Source of the DNA: Chrysomallon squamiferum
Lineage: Eukaryota; Animalia; Mollusca
Length of the DNA stretch: 64,000 nt
Assembly (NCBI GenBank): GCA_012295275.1
Contig: CM022673.1
Coordinates: 12,400,001-12,464,000 of the forward strand
Reading direction: 5' to 3'
Shown: positions 39,501 through 54,500 of the stretch, piece after piece
Layout of the letters: every line of letters starts with the position of its first letter
Numbering within the stretch: the first letter of the stretch is position 1
Program-made: the position numbers and the translations under genes
Notes under the pieces: model-generated
Databases searched by the model: none
The model's input: the letters and a program-made list of their open reading frames with translations, nothing else
Told to the model about the DNA's origin: nothing

Positions 39501-42500
39501 TCTTCACTTTCAGCAGAACAATCTTTTCCAAGATTAGTTGAGTCATATGGCTCTTTATTTTCAACAGAATTGTTATCATCTTCATTTTCTATAAACCTGT
39601 TACCATCTTCATTTTTCTTAAAACTGTCACCATCAAATCCATTAGCTACGAATAGTCTCTTTGTCTCGTCGTTATTAACAGATCAGCCATTCTCAATGTC
39701 AGGTTCAAATGAACCACCAACGAGTAGTTTGCTGAAGGCCTCGTATGAACAGTCAATATCTGAAAATGTATTTGCGAGTACTGTATATGACTCTATGTTC
39801 TCATTAGAACAGTCGATATCGGATTCAGCTGAGGTAATGATAGGGAATATATATAATATATCGATACCAGTTGAATCAGTTACAAGTAGCTTCTATTTAT
39901 CTGTGTCACTAACAGAACAACCATATTCTGCAGAAACAATGGAGAGTAGTCATTATCTTTCAGAGGAGCATTCAATATCAGTTGAAATGATAACTAATAT
40001 TGCATATCCTTCATCATCATTAATGAATATGCCATATTCGATTTCAAACTCAATTGAATCAGTGATAAGTAGTAAATATGTCATTATTGATCATTCAGTA
40101 TCAGATGAATCTATCATCAGTAGTGTGTATTATTCTTTCCCGTCAATGGAAAAATCTGGGTTAATGTCGGAAAAATCAGGGTTAATGTCATCATCTTTGA
40201 AACTCTCACCATCCATTGTATCAAGTGTGAGCAATCTCATTTTATCTTCATCGTTAACAGAACAGCCATATCCAATCTCAAGTTCTGAAGAAACTGTAAC
40301 AGGTAGTTTATATGTCTATTTTCCTTCAATAAAAGAAACAAGTCAGTTAATAGTAAATAGTCTGTATGAACCTCCAATTTCGATGGAACACTCAGATCCA
40401 CTCGAATCAGTAATTATCACTCCATACGTTTCCTCATCAGAAAGAGAACAAATATTTTCAAACTCTATTCCAGTTGAAACAATAATGAACAGTCTAGATG
40501 TCTCATTATCAGTAATAGAACAGATATTTTCAAATTCTTTTTCAACTGAACCGTCAATAACAGATAAAACTAGTACCATATATTTTATCACCTCAGACTC
40601 AGCAAAGTCAGTGGCTGAATCAGGCGAGTTAATGTCGAGTAGTATCTTTGCCTCTACTTTATTAACAGAACAGTCATCTCTAACTGTAATCTCAGTCAAG
40701 TCAATCAGCAGTACCTCTGCCTCAATAGAACAGACAGTATCCGATAAATCAGTAAATGTGTACGACTCTTTATTCATATTGGAACAGTCGTTGCATGCAT
40801 CAGGTGAGTTTATATCTAGGACTTATTACTCCTCTTCTTTACTAACAGAGAACTTAGCTAAACGTTTAAGTTCAGTCGAATCTATCTACAGTCCTGACAT
40901 CTCAGCAGAAGAGTCCGTTTCTGTTGAATCAGAATCTAATCGTAAATCATACGAATTAATGTCGAGTAGTTTTTACGTCTCCGTTTTATCAACAGAACAG
41001 TTATTGCTAATCCGAAGCTCTAAAGAACCTATAAATCCTTCTGTCTCAGAAAACTCGTCGGTATCAGATGCATTAGTAAATGATAATTTTAATGGCTTCA
41101 CATTATCTTTGGAAAAGTCAGACCAAGCTTCAGGCGAATTAACATCGAGTAGTGTCTATTTATCTACTTTACCAAGTGAGCTGCTATCTCTAAAAGTAAG
41201 TTCAGAACCTTTCATTAGTGTCTACACTTCAGTGGAACAATCAGTATTAGTTGAATCAGGAATGAGTACAGCGTACGTATTTACACAGACACAAGAACTT
41301 TCACGGTCAGTTTCAGATGAACTGATGGTAAGCAGTGTCTATGATTCGGCAGTTTCACCGAAACAGTCACCATCAGTTGTGATTGATCTCTATGTTTCCT
41401 CGTCGTTAACATTTTCCACAGAACAGACACAATCAACAGCATCTGTTATGGGTGATTTCGTTGTAACCTCCTCACTAAATGAACATCATCTATACTCGGT
41501 CTCTTCTGAACTAATCATCAGTAGTTTCATCTCTACAGTCGAACAGTCGACATCCAATACACTTTTAACCAGCAGTGTGTATGTATCAGTATCTTTGTTA
41601 GAGCAAACAGTTTTAGGTGAGCTGATATTAAGTAGTCTCTATGAATCCATGATTTCTGTGGAACAGTCACGTTTAGCTGAACTGTTAACGAGCAGTGTCT
41701 ATATTTCATCGTCATTAATAGAACAGTCACATTCTGTCGCAATCTTAGCTGAACCAGTTATAAGTAGTCTCTTTGGTACGGTAGAAAAATCAGTTTCAGT
41801 TGAATTACTAGTAAGCAATCCATATTACGAATCCTCATTCTCAGTGGAATATTCGGTTCTAGTCTCCGATGAGTTAATATCAAGTCAAACCATCTCATCA
41901 GACCAACTATTCCTAACTGTAAGCTCAGACGATTTGGTTAGTAGTTCCACAGATTCAGTGAAACAGTCAGTTTCAGATGAATCACTAGTTGGTAGTATGT
42001 ATGTAGCTGTATCTTCTATAGTGTTAACTTCGAGCAGTCTCTATGCGTCTTCAGTACTAACCACAATTCCAGATGAATCTAAAAGTAACTTCTATACACC
42101 AGTAGAAGAATCAGGTGAATTATTAACAAGCGTACACGTTTCTTCATCTTTAGAGGAACACAGCGTTTCAGAGTTAGTTGAATCAATAACGAATATTCTC
42201 TACGCCTCATTAGCATCTATACAAATGACACCATCCACGGAATTATATGAAAGTAATATCATTAGTTTCTCATCACGTACTGAACAGTCATCCCCAGTGT
42301 CAAATTCAGATAATCCCATTACAAATAGTTCCCAAGTCTCAACTGAAGAATTAGTTCCAGATGATTTGATTGTGAGTAGTGTGTCTATCTCTTTGTCCTC
42401 ATTAGGTGAGTTGACATCAGTTTCACGTGAGTTAATAATAAGTAGTTTATATGAATCCATAATTTCAGTGGAACAGTTAACATCATTGATACATAATCCA

Positions 42501-45500
42501 TATGTCCTTCTCTGGGCTATCCGACCAAACAGCCCAATTATCGGTATCATCTGAACCTATTGCGAGTAGTCGTTATGCCTCAGTAGAAGAGTCGATATCA
42601 ATGGAAAGGATAGCAAGTAATAAATATGATGTTCCCTCATCCTCAGTAGAACAGACAGAGAAGCTAATGTCGAGAAGTTCGTATACGTTGAATATAATAA
42701 CAGAATTATCATTTTTAACTATAATTTCAGATAAACCTTTCAGTAGTTATTCTTTTGATGATTCATTATCTGTTGAATCCATAAGCGATAGTGTATATGG
42801 TTCATCATTTTCCTTGGAACACTCAATACAATCGTCAAGTGAGTCATTATCGAGTAATATTTACGCATATTCTTTATTAGCAAAACAGACAGCACCAACC
42901 TTAGAGCTAATCTCAGATGAGGTAATTACTAATAGTCTTTATGCCTTTTCATTTTCGATGGAACATCCACCATCAGTTACATTATTAATGAATACTCTAT
43001 TTGGCTCCACATCTTTGACAGAACAAAAACTTTTAGATTTTCAGACTTCATCAGAACAGTCATTAATAGTCGAAACAGTAGCATCTATTTTATATGCCTC
43101 ATCATTTTCAATGGAACAGTCTACATTAAATAATTTTATGCAGAATAGTCTGCATGTTTCAACTTTATCTCCAGAATTATCATTCCTAATCATAAGCTCG
43201 GATGAACCTACCAATAGTCTTACATCAACAGAACAATCGCTATTAATTAAATCGGCAAGTGGCAGTATACATGACCTTTCATTCTCTTTAGAACAGATGT
43301 TACAAGTGACAGGTAAATTAATGTCAAGTAGTTCTTATTATTCATCTTCACTAACAAATGAGACATCGCAAACATTAAGTCAAGAGCTTATTAATAATCT
43401 ATATACTTCGGTAGAACAACCAATATTAATGCAGTCATTGACAGATAGTGTATATATTTCTTCACCTTCCGCGAAACTTTCATTTTCTCAGCTGGAGGGG
43501 TCAATAACAAATGACGATATTGCATCATCGTCATTAACAGAACAGCTATACACAATCTCAGTTTCAAGTGAAGATATTACAAGTAGTTTTTACGGTTCAG
43601 AGGAACAGTCTGAATCTAATGGCTTGCTAATGGGTAGTCTATATATCGCTTCACTCTCATTGGAACAAGCGATACCAGTCTCAGAGTTGATGTTAACTAG
43701 TTTCTTTGATTCAACAATTTCTTTAGAACTGTCGCCATCAGCTGTTGTACCAGTGACGATAAGCATCTATATTTCATCGTCAGTAATAGATCAGTCATTT
43801 TCAATCTTATCTTTAGTGGAATCAGTTTCAAACAGTTTATATTCATCAAGGGAACAAACAGAAGCAGTGTACTGGACAACAAGTAATACTTTTGTATCCT
43901 TACATTCTGCAGAACAGTCAGAACCAGTTTCAGAGGAAACACCGGCAACTGATCTTTATGCCTTCTCGTTTTCAGCTGAACAGTTAGTTCCGTCATTTAT
44001 GAATAGTCTCTCTGCTTCATCATCTGTGATGGTAAAGATATTTTCAGATTTAAGCTCCGTTGAATCTTTAACGAATATACTTTTTCCCTCATCAAAGCCG
44101 TTCGAATCAGCTGAAACTGTAACAACTGGAATAGATTATATCCCGTCATTCTTAATGAAAGAATCTATATCAGATGAGTTGATGTCAAGCAGTTTTTTTG
44201 TCTCCACTTTACTAACAGAAAAGTTATCTCTTGTTGAAACACCAGCTGAATCTATGATTAATCGAACGTCATCTATAGAAAAGTCTGTATCTGTTGAATC
44301 AATAACCGATAGCTTTTATCTATCTTCTCTCTTTTTAGAATGGTCATTGTCAGAATCATCTACGATAATATTCAGTAGTCTATTACTAATAGAACAGCCA
44401 TCGATATCTGTAAGTTCAGTTGAATCTGTCAGTAGTCTTTATACATCATCTTCGGAGCAGTTAGTATTAGATGAATTAATAACGAAAAGTGAACATTCCT
44501 CCTCATTCTCAATGGAACAAACTTTGTCAGTTTTAGAAGAACTGACGGACATTAGTACTTATTACTTATCTGTTTCAGTGGAACAGTCACTTTCACTTGT
44601 ATCAGTATTAATTAGTCCGTATGTCTTTTCATCAGTAATAGAAAATATGATTTCATCTGAACAGGGAACTCGTAGTCTTTACCAGGAGTTAGCATCAGCG
44701 GAAAGCGTTTCAAATAGTAAATATTTTACTACTTCATTCTCAGTGGAACAGTCGGTGTCTGATTCAGATGAGTTAGTGTCGAGCAGCGTCCATGATTCCA
44801 TTTTACTGAAAGAAGTTTCATTAATAGCAATAAGCTCATATGAAGCTATCAGTAGTTCATCAAATTCTTTAGAACAGTCAGTACCAGTTGAATCGATAAT
44901 GGAAAGCACGTATGCCTTGTCATTCTCTTTTAATCAGTTATTGTCGGAGTCATCTGATGTATTGTCGAGTAGTTCACTTGCATCTTCTTTCTTAATAGAA
45001 CAGTCTTCACAAATGTTAAGTAGTTCAGTCGAACATGTTACTCATTTTCATACTTCACTGGAACAGTCAGTGTCAACTGAGCCGTTAACAAATAGTGTAC
45101 ATATATCTTTATACTCACTGGAACAGTTATCTTCAGAAAAGATCATAGGGAGTAGTCTCTATCATTCTTCTATTTCAGTGCAACAGTTATCGCCAGTTGC
45201 TTTAGATGTGAGTCTTCTATATGCTTCATCGTCATTAACAGAACAATCATATTTGGTCTCAGGTTCAGCTGAAACAATAATAAGTATTCACAGTTCCTTA
45301 CTAGAAGAATCATTTACTGATGAATCAATAGCAACCAGTATTTATTATATTTCCTCTCTTTCAGTGGAACAGTCGGTAATAGGATTAGGTGATACAAATA
45401 GTGTGTACGCCTCATCGACACTCCTAGCTTCAAGTTCAGTAATAGCAAATATTTTCTATTCTTCAATGCTTTATTCAATATCTACTGACTCATTAACGAA

Positions 45501-48500
45501 TGATTTGTCTATCTTATCGTTCTCTGTAGAACATTCATTGCCACTGACAGAGGATTTGATCTCGAATAGTCCGTATGATTCGACTTTACTTACAAAACAG
45601 TTATTAAAAGCTTCAGGCCTAACTGAATCAGTTACAAGTAACCTATATGCCTCAGTGGAATATTCATTAGTTACGTCTGAAGAATTAATATCTAATAATC
45701 TTAATGTTTCTTCTTTACTAACTGAACATTCATTATTAACCTCAAGCTCAGTTGAATTTATTATTGCTTTAACGGACTCCTTATTATCTGATAAACTGGT
45801 AACAATTAGTGTTTATGACTCTTTATCCTCACTCAGACCGTCGGTGATGTTTTCTGGAGAGTTGATAGGGAATAATTTATATGACTCTTCTACTTCAGTG
45901 GAACAGTCGCCATTAGTTGCGTCAGTAATAAATAGTCTTTATGCATTATCTTCATTGATAGAATATCCAGCCTCAAGATCAGATGAACCAGTAACAAGTA
46001 ATATCTTCGCCCCAATATCGACATCAGTTTCAAATCAGCTGGAAAGTAGTTTTTATAATAGAGGCATTTCAATAGAACCATCATCGTCACTTGCATCAGT
46101 CCTGAGTAATTTATATACGTTAAGTGATCAGCAATATTCCGCGTCAATCCCAGTAAAATCAATCTCTAGTAAACCGATAGAATACTCAAATTCAGTTGAA
46201 ACAGTTATGAGTAGTTCATATTATAGATTCTTATTGTCAGAGGAACAATCAGGGTCAATATCAGTTAAGTTGATGTCGAGTGGTTACAGTCCCTCTTTTT
46301 CACTGAACGAGCAGTCATTTCAAGCTCGAGGTTCAGATGAAGTAAGCACAAATAGTTTTTATAAATTTTTAGAAGAGTCAGTATCAGATGAATCGGTAAG
46401 TAGTAGTGTATCGGTCTCCTCGTTGGCAAAAGAGCAATCAGTTCTAATTTCAGATCAGTTAATGACGAGTAGTTTTTATGTTTCCACTTTTCCAACAGAA
46501 GAGTCATTACTGAATTCATCTGAACCTGTAGAAAGTCCAAGAGACTCATCAGAACAATCTGTATTTAACACCATGGTAAGCAGTAGTTTGCCTGCGTCTT
46601 CCTTCATACTGGAAACGACGATTTCAGTTTTAGATGAGACAGCGATAAGTAATTTATTTGGCTCCATTATTTCTCAGGAATATTCACCATCAGTTGTTCC
46701 TTCAGAATATAATAGTCTCTATACTTCCTCGATACTGACTGATCAGATGTATTCGGTCTCACTTTCAGCTGAAATATTGATGAGTAGTCTAGATATTTCA
46801 AGAGAAACGTTAATTTCAACTGAATCAACCATTTCATATTATGTTTCCTCATTTAGGTATTTGGCTGTATCAGATGAGTTAACGTCCTCAGTTATAGATC
46901 AGTCACTAGACTCAGGCCCAGCTGACACCATCTCGAGTAGTCCATATGATTCAGTTGAACAGTCAGAACGAGCTGAAACTATATCGAATACGCTACAATA
47001 CTCGTTATTCTCAAAGGAACAATTTGCATTAGTTTCAGGTGAACTGATTTTAAATAGTTTCTTTGACAGTACAACTTCAGTGGAACAGTCCTCATCACTT
47101 GAATCAGTTGTACTATATCCTGCATCAGTCTCGGTCGAATCAGTCATTAGTAATACGTATTCTTCAATAGATAATATTATATCAGTTGAAACTGTAATAA
47201 GCAGTTTATATGAATCCACGCCGATTTCAATTGAATATTCACCGTCATTCGTTCCATCAGTTTTTAATAATTTCTATATGACCTCGTCATTGATATATCA
47301 GGCAAATTCTGTCTCTTTCTCGGCTGAAACAGACATGGATAGTCCTTTCGATTCAGCTGATCAGTCAGTATCAGTCGAATTGGTATCAAATAGTGTAGAA
47401 GCTTCGTTATTGCTAGAGGAACAGTCAGTGTCAGATTCAAGTGAGTTGATACATAGTAGTTTGTTTGACAGAACCATTTCAGTTGAACAATCATCATCAT
47501 TTCTTTCAGTTGTGAATAATTTGTATACGTCTTTCTCAATCACGGATCAATTATATCCTGTCTCAGTTTCATTTGAATCGATAACGAGTAACCAGACAGA
47601 GAACTTTGAATCAGATAAATCTGTAGTCAGTAGTGTATATTATACTTCCAAATTGTCAGTGTCAGATGAGTTAATGTCGAGTAGTCCTGATGCTTATCTT
47701 TTAAAACAACAACAATTATCTATATCCATAAGCTCAGTTAAACCCGTCGATAGTCCTAGAGTTTCGAATGAACAGTCACTTTCAAGTGAATTATTACAGA
47801 GTAGTTTTGCCGCTTTTACATTAGAAACAGAACAATTATTCCTGTCCATAAAATTATCTGAACCTGCCACTAGTCCTATAATTTCTGTAGAACTGTCAGT
47901 GTCAGGTGAATTAATGTCGATTAGTTTTGATGTCATTATTTTAGAAACACAACATCTGTCGCTTTCCGTAAACTCAGCTGAATCCATCAGTATTCCAATA
48001 GTTATAGCTAAACGGTCAGAATCTGAAAAGTTGGTGTCGAATAGTGAATCTTTGCTATCACTTGAAACATCGATGTCATTTTCAGGTGAGATAACGATAA
48101 GCAGTTCATATGATTCCACGGCGATTTCAGTGGAACATTCACCAACAGTGGTTCCATCAGTATTTAACAGTCTCTATATGTCCTCGTCACTGATAGATCA
48201 CACATATTATGCTTCATTCTCAGTGGAAACGGTCACAAGAAGTTCACGTGATTCAGCGGAGCACTCGGCGTCAGGTAAATTAAATTCGAATAGTTTTGAT
48301 GATTCTGCACTAGAAACAGAACAATTGATAAGTTCAGATGAATCTACCAGTAGTCATGTCGTTTCAAACGAACTGTCATTATTAGGCGAATCAATGTCGA
48401 GTGATTTTGATGCTTTTACATTAGAAACGGAACAGTTATCAGACTTCATAAGTTCCCCTGAACTTACCAGTATTCGAATAGATTCAACTGAACAGTCAGT

Positions 48501-51500
48501 ATTTGAAATAACGGGAACGAGTAGTGTATCTTTGCTATCACTGAAAAGGTCGATATCACATTCGGGTGACATAACGGTAAGTAGTCTGTATGATTCTATT
48601 ATTTCTATAGAATATTCACCGTCTGTTGTTCAATCAGAATTTGATAATTCCTATACCTCTTCCTTACTAACAGATCAGACATATTCTGTCTCCTCATTCT
48701 CAACTGAAACAGTCAGCAGCAGTACATATGTCTCTGCGAAAAATTCAGATTCATTTATTTCAGTAACCGGAAATTCTAATTATATCTCCTCATTCACGTC
48801 ACTGGCAATTTCAGCTCAGTTATTATCATCACCTACATATCAGTTATTACAACTGTCAAGTTCAGATGAAACTATCAGGAACAGTCCATATGATTCATCT
48901 GATCAGTCACTAACAGCTGAATTAATATCGAATACAGTACAAGACTCTTTGTACACAAAGGTACAGACAAAATCAGTTTTGACTGAACATATATTAAGCA
49001 GGTTCTTTGACAGTACCATTTCAGATGAACAGACCTCATCACTAGTATCATTTATGAGTAATTTATATACGTCTTTCTCACTGACAGATCAGTTATATCC
49101 TGATCTCACTGATAAGCAAACTGAGTTTTCCAAACCTACTGAAATAGTAATCAGTATTGCAGAATCAGCTGAGATAATGTCATCACTAACAGATCAGTCC
49201 TTACTAGTATTAAGCTCAGCTGAAATGACTACGAGTAGACCATATCATTCACTTTTTCAGGAAATATCAGATGAATCGTCTCTGAATAAAGACTATATTT
49301 CTTCTCCCCCAGCTGAACAAACTGTGACAGATGAATTAATGTTTAGTGTTTATACTTTTTCTACCTTTTCGTTAGAACAATTTGAATCAGTTACTTCCGT
49401 AATCAGTGTGTTTTCTGTCTCTTCATCTTTGATAGAAGAAACGTCCTTAGTTTTAAATTCAGCTGAAGCAATGATTAGTAGTGACTATGTGTCAGATAAT
49501 AAATTAATTATTAGTTTATCTACTTCGTTTTCTTCTGTGAAACAGTTAGAGTCAGGTGAATCATCAGCAGACAGTTTGTATGCCTCATTATTGGATAGGA
49601 ATTCGGTCTCAGGATTACCACTGAGCAATCACATTTATACATATTCACAATCAGAGGAACAATCACTTTCATTTTCAACGACCATTTCTTATTCTATATT
49701 TCTGTCAGTTGAACAATCTAATTTAGTGTCAAGTTCATTCGAATTAGATTCGAGTAATCTTCAAATTTCATTGTCTACTCCAACGTCTTCACAGCCAATA
49801 CAGTTAATTTCAGTGTCAACAGATACAGACATACATACATATACTAGTAGTCTCTTTGGAGTTTCAGATTCAGATAATCAGAGGAGGTCAAAGTCACTGG
49901 AATTAACTTTGAGCACTTTTGAGTTTTCCTCGCTTTCGGTGGAATATTCAGCAACATTTATCCCATTTCTCAGTAGTTTATATTCTCCATCACCATCAGA
50001 GGAACAGTCTGTATCGATTCAGCGAATGTTAAATAATTTTGTTTCCTCATCATCCTCTAATGAATTTTCAGTAAAGGTTACAGATCAACCTTCGATAACT
50101 AGTTATGACATGTTCTCACCTACTGTGGAACAGACGACGTTTGATTCAGGCGACCTGACAAGTAGTTCTAATGACTTTTCGGGTACTCTTCAACTGCCAT
50201 CATCAGTTGAATCCCTAACAAACAGTCTCTACACCTCCTCTTCCCTGATAGAACAAAAACCTCCCACCTTAAGTTCAGATGAATCAGTGATGAATAATCT
50301 TTACATCTCAACAGAACCATTAGTATCATTTGACTCAGAAACAAGTAATTTGTACCTAACTTCCTCATTCTCACTGACACAGCCATTGTTAGTGTCAATT
50401 ATTTACACTGATTCATCATCAGTAATTGAACAGTCATTCCTAATCTCGAGTTCACCTGAAAACATCATCAGTAATGTCCATACTTCAGAAAAAACATTAA
50501 TGAATAGTATGTATTATGCATCCCCACTATCACTGTCAGGTGATTCAGTAATGAGTAGCCTTTATGCCTCTTCAATTTCTTTGCAACAGTTATTGTCACA
50601 ATCATCAATGTCAGCTGGTCACGTGCTCAATAATCTTATTTCTTCATCTTTCTCACCTGAATTTTTACTAACAGATTCACGTGAGCAATCAGTATTTGAT
50701 TATTACACTTTTTCACCCAGTATAGATAATTCGGCGTCAGTTACAGGTGAATCTAAAGATAATAGTTTCTATGATTTTTCGATTTCACTTGAACAGTCAC
50801 AATCAGTTGAATCAATAATGAGTAGTGCTTATGTATCCTCTTCACCAGTAGAAGAAACATTTTTCACCTTAAGCTCATATGAACCAATCACGAATGGTGT
50901 GTATATCGTAGTAGAACCGTCAGTTGAATCAGAAACAAATATTTTGTATTATACTTCAACTGTTTTAGAAGAGTCATTGTTATCGTCAGATGAATTAATG
51001 TCAAATATTTACAGTGTTCCGTCGTCATTAGCACAACAGTTATTCTTAGCCTTAAGTTCACATAAAACAATTATAAGTAGTGTTCTTCCATCAGAAGAAC
51101 TGTCCATAACGGATAAAAGAATAACAAGAAGTATAAATTATTATGCAACATCCCTGTCGCATGAAGAATCAGTATCACTGTCAGGTGATTCAATATTGAG
51201 CGGCCTTCATGCCTTAGTCTCAAATTCACACGAAATAATTACTAATATTGTCAGTCCTTCAGAGCGACTGTCCATATCAGATGAAACAACAAAGAGTGAA
51301 GTATATTATTCTTCTTCTCTGTTAATAACAGATGATTCGACGTTCAGTGGCCTTTATTCCTCGTCGATGATAGAAGAAATATATTCAGACTCACTTGAAA
51401 CTGTATCTGCGATTCATTACACTTCAGTTGAAAAGTCAGCATTAGTGTCAGTTGAATCAGTTTCTGTCTCGTTTGAAACGATAATAAGTATTTCATATGC

Positions 51501-54500
51501 CGTTTCTTTCTCAGTGGAACCATCCGTTTTAGTCTTAAGTTTATTTGAACCAAATTTCAGTAATCTCTACCTGTCACTCTCCTCCCAGTCTGTACCAGTC
51601 GTTTTCGAATCAGTTAGTAATACACTAGTGTCTCCACGGTCAGTACAGTTAGTTTCAAACTCAGTAGATACATATAGTAGCAATCAACATAGCTCTTCAC
51701 TGTCATTTGATCGGATAGAGTCAGAATTATTTGAATCAAATAGTAATAAGCTTTATGCTCCCTCACTCTCTGTGGCAGAACCACCATCTTCTGAATCATT
51801 GCTGAGTAGTCTGTATTTTTCATCTTCCTCAGTGGAGCAATCCTTATCTCTTGATCCAGTTCCCAGTACTCTTGTTTCTTCATTTTCCTCGACTGGATTT
51901 GTACAAGTTGTTTCAAATGAACAATCATTAAACAACTTGTTGTCCACCGGAGAGCAATCGGCATCAGTTAAAGACGAATCGACACTAAACAGTTTCTACC
52001 ATTCTTCGATTTTACTTGAACCGACACGATCAGCTGAATCAGAAATGAATAATATTTATACTTCCTCTGAACAGATATTTTCAACTTTAATCTCAAAACC
52101 GTCAGCTGAATCAGTTAAATCAGAATCAAACAATTTGTACTACAGCTCCTCACTCTCTCTCGAACAGTCACTGATAGTGTCAAATGAGTTAATACCAAAT
52201 AGTTACTCTGTCTCATCGCCACTTATAGAGCAGATATCCTTAACCTTAATGTCACATAAAACAATTACGAGTAGTCTGTTTGCCCCAGCGGAACAGTCAG
52301 AATTAGCTGAAAAAGAAAAAACAACAAGTGATGCGTATTATGTCTCGTCATTCTCAGTGGAACAGTCACTATCAGTTTCAATTGATCCACTGTCGAAACC
52401 TCTTTATACATTTTCTTTTTCTGTGGAACAGCTAGTATCAGTAGCATCTGTAATGAACGATTTATCTGTCTCTTCTTCTGTGTTAGAGCAGTCGTTTTCA
52501 GACTCAACTGAAACAATAACAAACAATCGTTATACTACATATGAACAAATTACTAGTCTGTTTTCCTCATCATCTTCAGGTGAACAGTTAGTGTCAGTTG
52601 AATCAATTTCAGACATTATTTATAGCTCCTCATTCTTTTTGGATAAGACAACTGCAATTTCGGCTGAGCCATTGATGAGTAATGTTTACACCTCTTTGCA
52701 CACAGAAGCATCATCCTGGTCATTCTCATTCACAAGTAGTTCCCACACCTCAAAGTCAGTATCAATTGAAACAGCAACAAAAGATTTATATTATACATCG
52801 TCGATCTTTGTAGAACAGTCTGTACTAAAGTTAGTATCGAGTGGCCTTTATGCTTCTGTTTCTTTGGAAAAAAATGTTATCAGCTGCATCAGCAATAAGT
52901 TATCCTTTTGTCTCGTCATCTTCAGTAGTACAAACATTCTTAGCCTCTGTCTCGACTGAAGCAATAACTAGTAATCCTGATACGTTATTTGAGGAAACAG
53001 TGTCATCTGAACAAACTGATATTAATCTCTCTAAATCATTAACTTCAGTGGAACATTTAATTTCAGTTTCATTTGAATCCGTTAGTTCTTATACCTCCTC
53101 GTATATGTTGGACGTGTCATTGATGATTAATATTTATGCCTCCTCGACCTCGGCCGAAAAATCAAGTATATTTGAACCGATGATAGATAGTACTTATGCT
53201 GAATCATTGTTAGTGAACCGGTTTATTTCGGTCTTGTCCTCACCTCTCCACACTTCAACGACATTTCAGTTGGCTCCATCTTTTACAGAATCGGTTAGTA
53301 ACGTACGTGCATCTTTACAAATCTCACAAACTGTAAATTCAGTAATCAGAGATTTCAGCAGTTCTTCACTTTCAGATGAATATGTAAAGTCAGCATCTAC
53401 TGAATCAGAGACAGACAGTACGTACATTTCCTCACAAACAAAACCAATAGTAACTGAAACAATGTTGGGTAGTCTGTATGTTTCTTTATCTTCACTGAAA
53501 CAACAAGCATCATCTGAATTACAGCTCAGTAATCTTTATGCCTCAACTAAGTTATCGATGCCATTAGAAGAAATATTCAGTAGTATTTATCCTTCCTCGC
53601 AATCAACTGAATATTCAGTGGCAGTTTCAAGTGAACCTTCATTAAATAGCCATTCTATTTTTTCGATGTCTCTGGATCAAATTGCTGGTAGTATCTTTGC
53701 TTCTAATTTCGTGGAACAGTCTTTTTCTGCCTCTGTTCACTCTCTGAAGAATATCTATCAGTCCTCTGATACAGCGGACCAATCTGTTTCAGGTTCCACT
53801 TCAGTCGAACCAGTTTTCACTTCTATTTCTTCCTTATCTTACACAGAGTCAAAATCGGGAAATACTGATGAATATATTTCTTCATACCTAATCGAACCTT
53901 CTTTTTCTGTTTCAGATGAATTGTTAGTCAGTAGTTTTTATTCCTTCTCTCAGCCTAAGACACTGTCAGCTTCGATATTAACATCAGACGAACTTATTTT
54001 CACTTCTTTCTCTACTTTGTCTTATACGCTTGAAGAATCGGTTTCAGAAAAATCATTGATAAATACTGTATCTGTCGCTACGAATTCTAAAATAAAAAAT
54101 GTCTACGTCACGACAATCTTAGCTCAGTCACAATCTACAGTTTCGTTGGAACATTTAGCTTCAGATACGTTATCGCTGGTTGGTAATGACATTTTCTCTT
54201 TACTAATAACCCACGGGTCAAGCACTATCTCAGCAGAGTCATTTACCAGTAGTTTTTATATCGCATCGCCTGAATCAACATCGGATATTATTTCTTCTTT
54301 CATAACTTATGATCAGTTCTCATTCTCGTTTGAACCAGCGACAAGTAGCATTTTTACCTCCTCCCAATCTCCGAAACATGTATCACTCAACTCAGAATCA
54401 ACGGGTTTGGAATCCATTGTTTATGAAATGAGTAATACCCATCTCCACACGATGGAACAGATACAACTAAGTTCAGTTTCAGTAGAACCATCAATAAGCA